Below, piece after piece: positions 25,216 through 36,282 of a DNA stretch of 64,000 nucleotides (positions are counted from its first letter, which is position 1; each line of letters opens with the position of its first letter). The notes under the pieces are model-generated. The model made no database searches. It had not been told where the DNA came from and was given only the letters and a program-made list of their open reading frames with translations. The position numbers and the translations under genes were made by a program. The DNA comes from Cladosporium halotolerans. Its lineage: Eukaryota. Location: positions 1 through 64,000 of the forward strand of contig NW_027191508.1 of NCBI RefSeq assembly GCF_011745625.1, given 5' to 3'.

Positions 25216-26778
25216 GTGCTCGACTTCCCCATCGGTGACATTGCGCAAGTAGTAGAGGTGGTGATCGACGAGGCACTTGCCACACCTCTGAACAGCATAC
25301 AATGTGCCCGCGAGGAACTGAAAGATTGGATAGCCCAGTCTCAGATACAGATGACGAAGATGATGAAGGAGGTGATGGAAATGATCCAGGGCAAAGCCGA
25401 AAAGCGAGAGGAGATTTTACTCCAGAAACTCCTTGAGCAGTCGTCTAAGACGGTGCCTAGATGCTTGAAGTGCAGCAACAAGGCAGTGCCTGACCCACAA
25501 CAGGCGAGGTCAGAAACACAGTCTACTTCACAGCCAAATGATATCCCCAGCCAAACCTGGGCGGCCAGGCTCAGCGGTACAACGCATAAGACGAATGAGT
25601 GGACGACGGTCAGCGGACGGAGAAAAACTCCAGCGGCGAAGAAGACGCCCAAGAAACACCCTATGGACCAAAGACGAGTACTACTACTGAGACAGGTCCA
25701 GATCGAGCAAGATCGAGCCCAGCAGACAGACCCAAGAGATGTGATGCTTGCCGTAAACAAAGCACTTGCCCAGGGTGGAACAGATGTGTCAACGCGACTT
25801 GCAGGACTAAGGTACACAAGAAGAGGTCACCTGTCAGGGCTCACGTCCGAATATGCGAGCGCTGATGACATGCTCGAGCACGCAGTTGTAGTGACAGCGG
25901 CAGCTCGCAAGCTTGACCCGGCTGTGGTCAAGCTCGAAAAGACCGAAAAGTGGCGCAAGCTGCGTGTGCACGGAGTGTCGCTAGACCGCTACCTGGGAGA
26001 CGGAGGTCTCGACTTAGCGAAGGAAGAGATCGAACTGATGACCGGCGCGTCGTTACCGTACGCACCTCGGTGGATCAGGGCTGAGGGATTGGAAGAAAGG
26101 TATCACAGTGAAGAAGTCACCCGCTCGACGTTGGTAGTGACTGTGAAAAGTAAGAATGCCGCCGACACCATCCTGGCCAAGGGCCTCTCGTTCGGAGGCA
26201 GACGGCATGAGGCCGAGAAATTCTGGACGAAGGGAGAAGGAGGGATATGTATGCAATGTTGCGGGCACGATCACTTCGGCAAGTGCAAAGAAGCAGCAAA
26301 ATGCTACGTCTGCGCGGGAGAGCACGAAGGAACGGAACATCGCTGTCAGGTGAAGGGCTGCGAAAAGAAGTCGGCGCCATGCGAGCACCACGCCGCAAAG
26401 TGCGTGAACTGTGGAGGCAAGCATATGGCGACTTCGAAGGGTTGTCCTGAAAAGTGGCAGCAACGACAACGTAAAAGAACCGAAGCGACAGAAGGACAAA
26501 GCCCGCTTCAGAAAGCCCCAGAGGAGGCAATATGCTCTGATATTACGGAGGGGCACGCACGAAACTCGGGTCATCCCGACCGACCTAGCGAGCCAAGATC
26601 GACCCCATCGCTGCCAAAGACACCGGTAGTGAACCCACCCGCCCCGGCGGCAGGGTGGAATGGAGAATCTCTGGCCTTCGAGATGGACATCGGATCGGAC
26701 GTCGAGTCTTCCTCCCCGACTCCGAGACAGCGAAGAATCACCCCAATGACTATTAGTGATGATAGTGCTACAACATAA
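25216..26778 (+). CDS. LINE ORF1 (gag-like, zinc knuckles); start uncertain
   Basis: CMQCCGHDHFGKC, CYVCAGEH..HRC, CVNCGGKH..C. Confidence 0.85.
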   Translation: MLDFPIGDIAQVVEVVIDEALATPLNSIQCAREELKDWIAQSQIQMTKMMKEVMEMIQGKAEKREEILLQKLLEQSSKTVPRCLKCSNKAVPDPQQARSETQSTSQPNDIPSQTWAARLSGTTHKTNEWTTVSGRRKTPAAKKTPKKHPMDQRRVLLLRQVQIEQDRAQQTDPRDVMLAVNKALAQGGTDVSTRLAGLRYTRRGHLSGLTSEYASADDMLEHAVVVTAAARKLDPAVVKLEKTEKWRKLRVHGVSLDRYLGDGGLDLAKEEIELMTGASLPYAPRWIRAEGLEERYHSEEVTRSTLVVTVKSKNAADTILAKGLSFGGRRHEAEKFWTKGEGGICMQCCGHDHFGKCKEAAKCYVCAGEHEGTEHRCQVKGCEKKSAPCEHHAAKCVNCGGKHMATSKGCPEKWQQRQRKRTEATEGQSPLQKAPEEAICSDITEGHARNSGHPDRPSEPRSTPSLPKTPVVNPPAPAAGWNGESLAFEMDIGSDVESSSPTPRQRRITPMTISDDSATT

Positions 26779-29700
26779 TTGTAATAGCACGGCAGTAACA
26801 ACGACGGCAGCCCTTGAAGCAGCCATCGAACGATGGGCCGAGGTGGTGATCTTGCAAGAACCATACGTTGGCCGAAAACATCAGATCAGCCACCCCGGCT
26901 TCCAGATACGTTGGCCGGAAGGCGAGAATAGAGAGATAAGGGTGGCGCTGGCTATCCGTGTAGACGTACTGGACAGGTACGTTTTCGAAGAAAGAACCGA
27001 CCTTGTCGACCACCCGTGTGTGCAGTGCTTAGACATCTGGGAAACGCAGCGCCGGCAGAAGGTGCGAATGACAAGGGTGGTGAACATATACAACAGAGCA
27101 AGAATGGATGGCGGCGGGTATGCGATCAACCGCATCGACTTCCGACGGCTGATCCAAGGAAGGACGATTCTGGCAGGCGACTTCAACTCCCGAAGTCCCG
27201 CGTGGGACCCTTGGGTAGAGGGCCGTCACAACGCCGGCGCCACCGAAGGCCTCATCGGAGATTACAGCCTGATCGTGAACAACACCGACCAGCCGACAAG
27301 ATGCGGCCCAAGGAGCAAGTCAGTAATTGACCTGACACTCAGCACGCCGAGTGTTGGGGCGCTGCAGACGTGGTACATTGACGAGGATTTTGCGACACCT
27401 TCAGATCATGCGGTCATAATCTTCTCGTGGAGCCCACTCAGCTCACAGGCAAGCGGACTAGAAGCGAGACCGATGTCGAGCTGGAACATCGACGAGCTTT
27501 GCGCCGATAAAGAGAGACTCGAGCAAGCAGCCGACCACTGGAAGCAGATCTCCGAGAGCAGACGACACGTTTCGGCAGAGTCAAAGGAAGAAGACCTCGA
27601 GGCTGAGGCGCAGTGGATACAAGACAGCCTGACATGCGTCTTGAACAGACACGCGCCGCCGAAACCGGTGCACGCACGTTCAAAGCGGTGGTGGTCCGAC
27701 GCAGTCAAGAAAGGGAGGAAGAAGTTCAACTTAGCAAAACGAGCGCTACGAGAGGGCCTCTCCTCACAGCCGGAGTACCGCCGGATCAGAAACGACTACT
27801 ACAGCTGTATCCGACGCGCGAAACGAGAGGCTTGGGAACGCTTCTTGGAAGGAGTGCTACCGACCGACGAAGAGGCTCAAGCTACGGTTGACAGCGATCG
27901 GTGTTGGCGTGCGCTCCGGTACACCAAACCGCAAACGCCTTCGTACACCCCAGCAATCAAGATAATTGGGGATGATGGAGAGCTGATCGGCATGGCGGCG
28001 TCAGCAGAAGAGAAAGAAGAGATCTTCATGAAACAAGCCTTCCCTTTTCAAGCGAGCACGAACGCCGACAACCTCATTCCAAACACAATCGCGGAGGTCG
28101 GAAGAAGAGACGTGCAAGAAGCGCTCTTCGCACAGTCGGTCAAGAAAGCACCGGGTGTCGACAAGCTCGGGTCTCGCGCGCTCAGATTGCTGTGGCAGTG
28201 GGATGCCGATAGAGTAGTGGCCCTCATCAGAGGGTGCATTAGCGCAGGATACCACCCACACTGCTGGAAGATTGCCAAAGGTATCCTGCTGCGAAAGCAG
28301 GGCAAGCCTACTTACACCGTCGCAAGAGCCTACCGCGTTATCAGCCTGCTGAACTGCCTGGGGAAAGTGGTAGAGAAGGTAGCGGCTACGTGGATCACAT
28401 CTTACTGCGAGAAGAATGAGGTTTTTCACCAAGGACAGTTTGGCTGCCGTCACGGCAGAAGCACTTCCGACGCTGTCGCAAGACTAGTGTCATTCGTGGA
28501 AGATGCGTGGGAACGGAAGCAGACAGTGCTCACCCTACTGCTGGACGTCAAAGGCGCCTTTGACCGAGTGAACAAGCAACGTCTGCTCGAGCGTCTGATC
28601 GAAGTTGGCATCGCTGGCAACATCGTCCGCTGGGTCAACTCTTTCTTGTCTGACAGACGAGCGATGCTAGTCGTCGACGGCAGAACGGGGAAGACGCACG
28701 ACATCCAGGCTGGCCTGCCACAGGGCTCACCAGCTTCGCCAGTATTGTTCAACTTATCGATAAGCGCGATGTTCCCGTGGCTCGAAGAGATGCATCCAAG
28801 TTTGGAAGCGATCTCATTCGTAGACGACATAGGCCTTGTCTTGAAGTGCAACAAGCTGCGCGAAGGCGCGAGAGAGCTCGAGAGCATTACGCAATATGCA
28901 GTCGAGTGGGGAGACCGCAACAAAGTCGAGTTCGAAATCAGCAAGACAGAAGTCGTCGTCTTCAGCAAGCAGCGCAAAGTGCTACAAGAAAGCAGAGAAA
29001 CGTCGTTGCGTATCGGACAACACGGGCTTCCCATCAACTGCGGGGCGACTAAATGGCTAGGCTTCTGGCTAGACCCGAAGCTATCTTTTATGTCACACTT
29101 CGATAAGAGACTGGCGAGTGCCAAAGGTGCCTTGCAAAGGATAAAGGGCCTCAGTGGCAGTCGTGGTGGCTTACCCATGCGACTGATGCGGAGAGTAGTG
29201 GTGGCAGTCGTCAACTCGGTCGCACTTTACGGAGCTGAGGTGTGGTGGAGGGGACAGCAAGACCGTTCCAAGCGTCTGCAACTACTGCTGAACAGGCAAG
29301 CACGAGCTATCACTGGTATGCTGTCGTCTACACCGATCCCCACCCTGCTCGCGGCAGCTTGCTTGCCACGTGCTGGAGAACTGCTGGACTATCGCCAAAC
29401 GCGGTTTGCCGTGCGAGCTCTTTCTGCCGCACAAGACCATCCGACACATCAGCTGTTGCCCCCGAACTTTCGGATGGGCCAGTTGTACAGACACGAAGGA
29501 GCCGTAGACCGCTTGTCAAGCGTCGGCTGGCTCAGCCCCGACAAAACGCACCGTACACTCGGAGGCAGGCTGGCGCAGCAAATAGCTAAGAAGCTGGCCT
29601 ACGACACTGAATACGGGTTCGGCCTCCTCGAAGATCTGGGCTCGGCGGAAGCAGACATCGATGTCAGGGTTCGCGGCCCGGACATTACAACGACACAACG

Positions 29701-30637
29701 GAGGAGTGAGGAACAGCCAGAACAGCTCACGTTGTTCGCAAGGACCATAGACGGTACCGCCGAAGGCAACAGCTTCGGAGCGGGCGTCGTGTGGGAAGCG
29801 CAAGGCTGCTGGAGAAGAAAGGCAGCGTCACTCGGCAGATATCTAACCGTCGTGGATGCAGATCTGTTCGCTGTCAGCATGGCGGTGGAAGAAGCTTGCT
29901 CGAGCCTGCATAAGACGGGAAAGCGAAACGCAGAGATTGTGACGAATTCGCGAGAAGCTGTCATAGCGGTCACCAGGCTCACGCGGTGGATGCCATCGCT
30001 GGTGAAGCAGATCTTAAGCCAAATCAAGCAGCTTAAAGCGCGAGGATACGGTTTGACACTGTCATCAATCTCTGTCGACGCAGAGGCTGAAGGGGCGAGT
30101 ATTGCCGAGGCTTTGGCAAGTCGGGCAGCACGACAACAACCGCGACACATGCGTTCCGCATCGATCTCCTACGCGCAACAATGTGTGAAGGTAAGCGGGA
30201 GGCAATCACCCAAGCTGAACAAGCACATCAGAGACGCGAACAAAGCGGTAGCAACGCGATACCTACAGTTGAAGTCGGGCCACGCCGTGACAGGCGTGCA
30301 TCTGATGAGAACAAAGAGAGTGCAAAACACCCGATGCTGGTGGTGTGATGACAGCAGACAGAGCGTGGCACATCTGATGCTCAAGTGTCGCAAATGGAGA
30401 AGAGAGCGAGAGCAGATGCTGCGTGCCCTAGAAGCGAAGAAGATCAAGATATCGGCTAGAAGGAACGAGCAAGACGTACTGGTCCTGTTCGGGGAGACAG
30501 CTGTCGAGGCAGTATTGCGGTTCATCGAATGCACAGCAGTCGGCAAAAGGGCAGAGGCGAACAGCACACAAGGACTAGATGAGTGGGACATTGGTCTGCT
30601 CGACCGGGAAGGCACGGACGATGAGAGAGCACTTTAG
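26756..30637 (+). CDS. LINE ORF2: APE endonuclease, reverse transcriptase, RNase H-like, C-terminal CCHC
   Basis: LQHNCN, LQEP, AGDFN, SDH; KAPGVD, YRVISLLN, LDVKGAFD, GLPQGSP, FVDD, WLGF; CWWC...HLMLKC. Uninterrupted 1293 aa. Confidence 0.96.
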   Translation: MMIVLQHNCNSTAVTTTAALEAAIERWAEVVILQEPYVGRKHQISHPGFQIRWPEGENREIRVALAIRVDVLDRYVFEERTDLVDHPCVQCLDIWETQRRQKVRMTRVVNIYNRARMDGGGYAINRIDFRRLIQGRTILAGDFNSRSPAWDPWVEGRHNAGATEGLIGDYSLIVNNTDQPTRCGPRSKSVIDLTLSTPSVGALQTWYIDEDFATPSDHAVIIFSWSPLSSQASGLEARPMSSWNIDELCADKERLEQAADHWKQISESRRHVSAESKEEDLEAEAQWIQDSLTCVLNRHAPPKPVHARSKRWWSDAVKKGRKKFNLAKRALREGLSSQPEYRRIRNDYYSCIRRAKREAWERFLEGVLPTDEEAQATVDSDRCWRALRYTKPQTPSYTPAIKIIGDDGELIGMAASAEEKEEIFMKQAFPFQASTNADNLIPNTIAEVGRRDVQEALFAQSVKKAPGVDKLGSRALRLLWQWDADRVVALIRGCISAGYHPHCWKIAKGILLRKQGKPTYTVARAYRVISLLNCLGKVVEKVAATWITSYCEKNEVFHQGQFGCRHGRSTSDAVARLVSFVEDAWERKQTVLTLLLDVKGAFDRVNKQRLLERLIEVGIAGNIVRWVNSFLSDRRAMLVVDGRTGKTHDIQAGLPQGSPASPVLFNLSISAMFPWLEEMHPSLEAISFVDDIGLVLKCNKLREGARELESITQYAVEWGDRNKVEFEISKTEVVVFSKQRKVLQESRETSLRIGQHGLPINCGATKWLGFWLDPKLSFMSHFDKRLASAKGALQRIKGLSGSRGGLPMRLMRRVVVAVVNSVALYGAEVWWRGQQDRSKRLQLLLNRQARAITGMLSSTPIPTLLAAACLPRAGELLDYRQTRFAVRALSAAQDHPTHQLLPPNFRMGQLYRHEGAVDRLSSVGWLSPDKTHRTLGGRLAQQIAKKLAYDTEYGFGLLEDLGSAEADIDVRVRGPDITTTQRRSEEQPEQLTLFARTIDGTAEGNSFGAGVVWEAQGCWRRKAASLGRYLTVVDADLFAVSMAVEEACSSLHKTGKRNAEIVTNSREAVIAVTRLTRWMPSLVKQILSQIKQLKARGYGLTLSSISVDAEAEGASIAEALASRAARQQPRHMRSASISYAQQCVKVSGRQSPKLNKHIRDANKAVATRYLQLKSGHAVTGVHLMRTKRVQNTRCWWCDDSRQSVAHLMLKCRKWRREREQMLRALEAKKIKISARRNEQDVLVLFGETAVEAVLRFIECTAVGKRAEANSTQGLDEWDIGLLDREGTDDERAL

Positions 30638-30889
30638 CAGGGAGGAAGCGAGATGAGTGCAGACGCCGAGGGAGGACGTGGCAAAACCAAAGACAAGCTA
30701 GTATGAGGGCGCTGAGCCCAAAAGCCGTGGCGACTTGACTAAGTCGGGATGGCGAGCAGGATCGAAGGAATAACACCAACGCAGGAGCACAGATAGAAGA
30801 CCAAGAGGTTCGTCTAGGGATTAGCCCGGGCTTGTCATAAGCTGAACAGCTTGTATACAATATGATTACAAAAAAAAAAAAAATGGGGG

Positions 30890-31790
30890 ACAGTGTGACG
30901 TACACCACAAGAAGTGCACCCACACTTTCCATTGCAACCGCTGCCTCCACAGCAGGTCTTGCACTCGCAGCTTGCCATTTTGTCAGGATTGATGATTGAC
31001 TTGCGCCTCTTTTGTTGAGAAAGATTCTGATAGAACATGATCTATTATCCGTCAAAATTTGATGATGGAGGAATTCATTGGGAAAAAGTTGTTTCGAACA
31101 AGCATATGAGCTCCTATTTGTACCAGTTACTATCTGACTCGAAACAGGAATGGCAAAGCTGACCGCGGTCAATACGCGATAATATCGGACGATGGTAGTT
31201 GCTATGACGGAGCAGCGTATGCGGGGTAGGCCAAGGCTGGGACAGCCTATGAAGGCTGCCAATCACGATTGGCGGAGTTGTATGTCCAGCCGTCAGATCC
31301 GCAAATCATGCTAACAAGAGATGAGAACAGTGTATTCCGATCGATTCAGTGTGTACTGCGCTATATCCGCCACATCGGAATGATTTCCAACTGTTTCGCA
31401 AAGGAAAAGCGATAGAAAGGATTCGGGCGGAGCTCGCGTATCACGGACAATGGAAACACCCCACGCCCGCATTCTAGAAGTGCAGACGCCCTGCCTGTTT
31501 CTTCTTGGACGGAAACATGATCAATTTCGCGCGCGACTTTGGTGCTTGAGCACTCAACCCTGGCAATCAAACGACTTTACGTGGCCGGGTCCTTCCCGTA
31601 GAACCGGTGTGGGTCACCCAAGCACTTTCAGCCGCCATGATCTGATTTCCTGGATATTGTCGACCTTTCTTTTGCTATGAGGTTAGCCATGTAGAGGTGG
31701 TGCATAATGGCCAGGTCAAATACAAGAAGTGTGACAAGGAATGGGTCTACACATCGGCGTCTTTGCCTCCTCATCTCTGCTTGAAAAATC
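30890..31790. repeat. Diverged direct duplication of metallothionein exon 1 and upstream region (partner ~60860-61800)
   Basis: Shared blocks, e.g. gctgccaatcacgattggcggagt, ggagctcgcgtatcacg, cacccaagcactttcagccgc, tcggcgtctttgcc. Confidence 0.85.
30904..30978 (-). pseudogene. Copper metallothionein copy 1, exon 1 (intron interrupted by LINE; exon 2 not found)
   Basis: MASCECKTCCGGSGCNGKCGCTSCG followed by GTACGT donor. Confidence 0.85.
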
Positions 31791-32582
31791 AACCTTTGAC
31801 GTCGTTAGCCTGCATGTGAGGAAACAAAATATCAATATCGAGCTAAGGTGGCTCGAATAACCCATGACCAGGTCTTGAGCTCGGCTACTAGTCAAAACCT
31901 TTGCCGATACGGTACTTCAGTTGTCTAGAGCAGCCACGATAATTGTGTTCCAAATCACGCGGTAGCTTGCGAAACGTCGCTATGACTAGTCGATGACATG
32001 TCATACTTTAACGGGCGGAGCTGGGCGTCCGAAGAAAACAGGGATGAGATTTTATGTTCTGTAAGAAACACAGCAAAGAGCTCCATCCGTCGAACCTTTT
32101 CTTGAAGATCATTACCTGTGACGGAGCTAGAGCCCCAGGCTGCCGGGATCTTCCGAGCAAAGGAATAGCCTTTCACAGCACATGTCTGCTTGCCTCATGT
32201 CTTTGGAATCTTATTAAACTGCCGCAGTACGAACGGTTTTCAAAGTTGTGCTACCACTTACTGTTCGGGTTCGCATAGCTTCTTATCTATTCCCCAGCAA
32301 CGATGAGCAAGACTCACCAACCCAACTTGCCTGCTATATTGTACATCTCCATTGTATCGTCCAGAAGCGAAGCTCCGTTGGTCTCAAGCTGGACACTCGG
32401 ACGCTAACGTCATTCAAAGTTCGCATTCAAGTAAGACACCAAAGAAAGCTGGGTGGTTTCCACATCGACACTGGACGCACACGTCACTCAAACCCTGCTC
32501 TCCCTTCCCTTGCCGGTCTTCCGGCTACTATGAAAAATAGAAAAGCTATAAGACATCCTCAGACCGTCCTTCGTGAATACCA

Positions 32583-34076
32583 ATGGCTTCACTGGTTCCC
32601 TTTCATCTTACAATGTCTCCCCTTTTGAGATTTCTCTTGACCATCGCCCTGCCGTTTTGTGTGGTCGCGACGCCCATCGACCCCCACGAAACTCGCGATG
32701 CGTCGCTCTCAGCTTGTGCGGCATCTATGAATGGAATTTTACCCTCCCCTACCCCTTCCGGATATGTCTTCAGCGGCAACATTCGCAAATACTATGTCGC
32801 TGCCGAAGAGGTAGAATGGAACTACGCGCCCACAGGGTGGGACAATTGGCTCGGAGTTAGTGCTTGTTCTCACTAGTAACGTAATCTTCGACTGACGTGG
32901 TCAATCAGGTCCCTCTCAACATCTCCCCACGAGCCCAGATGTCCGGTATGACGGCCCATGGTACGACTTGGTTGAAAGCACTATACAGGGGGTATACTGA
33001 TGCTACGTTCACCACCGAGTCCCCGCAGCCACCGTGGCAGGGTACTTTGGGTCCGACATTGCGGTCCGAGGTGGGCGATCTGGTCGAAATCATGTTCGTG
33101 AATCGGCTTTCACAGAACTACGCCAGCATGCATTCCATGGGTCTCTCCTATACCAAATACGACGAAGGCTCCGCTTATCCAAACAATACCGTTCCTGGCC
33201 AAGAAGTCAACTTGCCAAACGCTGAAGCGGTGCCTCCGGGGGGTTGCGTAATCTACAAATGGTTCGTTGATGAGGTATCTGGTCCGCCGGCAGGCCAACC
33301 AGCTGTCGCGCGTAGCTACCACTCGTATGTTGCTCTGCAACAGGACACGAACGCGGGCTTGATTGGGCCGCAAATCGTATATGCACCTGGTCAGATGGCC
33401 GCAACAATGGCCAACTATCGCGAATTTCCTCTGCTCTACATGATCTACAATGAGGGGGACTCTTTTCTCTCTGGCCAAAATGCTGCTGCCTTGGAAAGCG
33501 GTTACTCGTCTTCTGAGAATTCATCATATCTGTCTGGCTCTGGCGTCGTGTCCAGCCACGGACCCTACAAACCCAGCCAAGGTGGGAATGTAGGTAGCGT
33601 CAACTCTGACATTCTCAACCTAGGCAACAAATCAGTCTGGCAACCCCAATTTACGAATATTGCAGGCGCCAATCGTTTCGATGGCGCGCCGTCAGTCCAC
33701 ACCATGAACGGGTACATCTTTGCGAACAACCCCATGTTCGAGATGTGCCTTGGCGACAACGTGATCTGGTATACCATGTCGTACGGGAGTATGAGTCACG
33801 TCTTCCACATGCACGGCAACAGTTTTCGTTACAACGGCATAGGAACACCGTCAATCAGTGAGTATCTCGTCGTTTACTCTGTAGTGTGTTAAGTACTGAC
33901 CGTATGCCCTCACAGGTATCAACGATGGCGAGCATAGGACTCTTTTCATGAATGCTACTGGAGCTGGACTTTGGCAAGTCCTATGTCACGTCAATATGCA
34001 TCAATCAATGGGCATGGTCAGTAATTACCAAGTGTACTTTGCCGGACAATGCCCATTGTCGACACTGGGCTCATAG
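32583..34076 (+). CDS. Secreted two-domain ceruloplasmin/hephaestin-like cupredoxin (multicopper oxidase family), 3 exons; start 32583 or 32613
   Basis: Signal peptide; YYVAAEEVEWNYAP, GTLGPTLRSEVGD, YHSY..DTNAGLIGP, HVFHMHG, WQVLCHVNMHQSMGM. Introns ~32856-32909 and ~33858-33915. Confidence 0.88.
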
Positions 34077-34546
34077 ACCGTCATCTGCCTACTGGAGCGA
34101 GCGGGTAGCGCTGGACGGTAAGTCTACAAAGGGACGAAGTTTAGACACGTTCCTGTTTGCAAGCATTGCGCGACAACTGCGGAGTAATCAAATTGGTGAT
34201 CATGGATGTGCTCGCGCCGAACACGTCGGAAATCGTTAGCGTAGAAGATTTCCTGAACCCTTTCTTAGATAATGAGCAATCAAATCTTTTCTACTTTGTC
34301 ATGGACCAATTCATCACTAGGGCCGAAGCGCTAATCGAGCGAAATACGGCGGCAGTATTGTTGCACCCAGCCTTACGCAGGCGGGCATGCTACTGTTCTG
34401 CAAAGGCGACGCAGGCGCCTCCCTGGCGGACGTCCTTGCGTAGTTCTACAGCGCAAGCGCGGGGACTGTCGAGTCAATCGGCAGCTATTCGGCAGCTCAC
34501 TACTATGGCCAACGTCGAGGCGCGTCTTCTCCTGGAACGGCCACCA

Positions 34547-34797
34547 CCTCCCCTGGTCCAGAGGTTTGTACCCTGTCCAGCCCCACACCAAAATTTGGTA
34601 GGAGCTGAGACAGCTGGTGAACTAGTCCACAGAGGGACCTCAGGGCCTCGTGTCATTTCAATTTGGTGTAATTTGGTGAAGGATTGGTAGTGTAATGAAT
34701 TTTTGAAGATTGGTAGTGGAATGGTGATGAGAAGGGATATGACGAATTGACACTGCGGGAGCATCCGAGAGGGTACAAACCTCCGGACCAGGGGAGG
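34547..34797. repeat. 28-bp inverted repeat pair enclosing ~195 bp (MITE or element terminus)
   Basis: cctcccctggtccagaggtttgtaccct / agggtacaaacctccggaccaggggagg, 1 mismatch. Confidence 0.8.
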
Positions 34798-34869
34798 CAT
34801 ATTGCGAGGACCCTAACCCTAAAAACCCATTGTCTCAGATCTTCTCCCGGTCTTGCCTTGCCGCGGGAA

Positions 34870-35140
34870 ATGGGCTTATTCGAACGTCTTCCAGACTACA
34901 AAGTGCTGGTCTGTCGGCTCTGCAAATTTACAGTGCCTCCGAAGTCCCTGAAACCACACCTACAAGGCAGACACAAAGAGGATGATTACGACCTTCGCGG
35001 CAAGAATGGACCTGCAGATATCGCCCGAAAGCTCCTATCGCAGCATGAAATGCCTTTGCTTGTGATGCGGGTTGTTTTGGTCGGACACCACAAGCTTGGT
35101 TCCCTACCTATCAGTAATGACTGTCTTTACATACGGTGCT
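34870..35140 (+). pseudogene. 5' fragment of another DUF3505-type gene
   Basis: MGLFERLPDYKVLVCRLCKFTVPPKSLKPHLQGRH; preceded by ccctaaccctaa (34811-34822); truncated by a retroelement. Confidence 0.7.
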
Positions 35141-35142
35141 TC

Positions 35143-35215
35143 GCCGGACGGAGAGCGCACACCTTCACGGGGTGTCCGGTGTGAGTAGCTGCTATGCAGT
35201 GAAACCAAGTGCGCT
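35143..35215 (+). ncRNA. HDV-like ribozyme fold (family A)
   Basis: P1 GCCGGAC/GUCCGGU, P2 AGCGCAC/GUGCGCU, P3 ACC/GGU, L3 UUCACGG, J4/2 CCAA. Confidence 0.75.
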
Positions 35216-35905
35216 ACAAAACAGCCATAAGAGCGATGAGCCCACGCGGAAGTCTCGCAAGAAGCCATCACTTGACGACCCTACCCGTCGACAACACCTG
35301 ACATGGTCGACGTGGCCGCCCCGACCTCGCCGCCCTACCGTCGGGAAACCCTGACACGACACGACACGACACGACAAAGCCTGTGCCGACCGCTCGCCTG
35401 CAGGCAACACGACGCTACAGCCGGCGACGCCGCCGCTAACGCCGACTCAACATCGAAGATGACCAAGAGTCGGAATAACACGCAACGTGACAAGCACGGC
35501 AGACGCAACGCGTCAGCACACAGCATGAACAAGCCCGCAGGCCAGCTTGCACAACAGACGGAAAGAGGCGGACAACAAATGAACACAAGCCAGGGATATG
35601 CAACAGCCTGGGCCGTTCAACTTCGCAATACAAGAAAGAAGCAAGCTCATTCAGAGTAACGGGCCCGCAAAAGACAAGCGCCACGTAGCTTAGGCTGCGA
35701 CCACATGGACAACGCATGAGCTTCCCGCTACGAAGAAGCAGAAGCTTGTAACACGGACAAGACAGCGTGCACCTCTGGTACTCGAGGTGCCCAGCCTGTA
35801 AGATGTGGGAAGGAGAGGAGAGGTGAGGTGGAGAAGGGAGAAGGGAGAAGGGAGAAGGGTCGGTAGTTGCAACCACACGCAAGAGCCAGTAGGAGGGCGC
35901 TGAGC
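35143..35905 (+). mobile_element. Non-autonomous SINE-like retroelement, family A, copy 1 (3' truncated)
   Basis: Head shared with 39521, 59114(-) and 61846; ends in gagggcgctgagc as in the LINE 3' UTR. Confidence 0.8.
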
Positions 35906-36282
35906 TACCTACAATTCTTAACTGTGATCGACTCGATCCCATTTCTTGACTAACGTTAACCGAAAACGGTTCGGGTTCATACCCTAAGACGGTCGATCCC
36001 ATTTAGTCGATCCCATTTTAACGCCGACGAGCAATAATTTCGAGGTTGGTATGGCATTGTAGAGCGGATAGTTGCAACGAACCCGAATATGTTTTTTCCC
36101 CGAAAAGTCGTGGTTGTGCATATCGTCGTCGCCGCCGAAGATAAGTGGAAATATAGTGAAGTTTGCGCATAGACCACCCAACACGGCCAGTGCACACGCG
36201 CGAAAGTCGCGACCGTTTTCCCATGTTTAACGCGAGACATACCGGCATAAGAGACAAGTATTATTATACACAGCACCACACG

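Larger units (their letters stand above)
24789..30879 (+). mobile_element. Full-length Tad-like LINE with poly(A) tail and 11-bp TSD
   Basis: TSD aaaatggggga at 24778-24788 and 30880-30890; poly(A) ~30870-30883; two long ORFs. Confidence 0.95.

Noticed and set aside
30522..31262. 246-aa minus-strand ORF
   Set aside because: Spans the metallothionein exon and antisense LINE tail in a non-coding frame.
35143..35230. tRNA-derived SINE head or hammerhead ribozyme
   Set aside because: No A/B boxes, cloverleaf or CUGANGA core; the HDV-like topology fits better.
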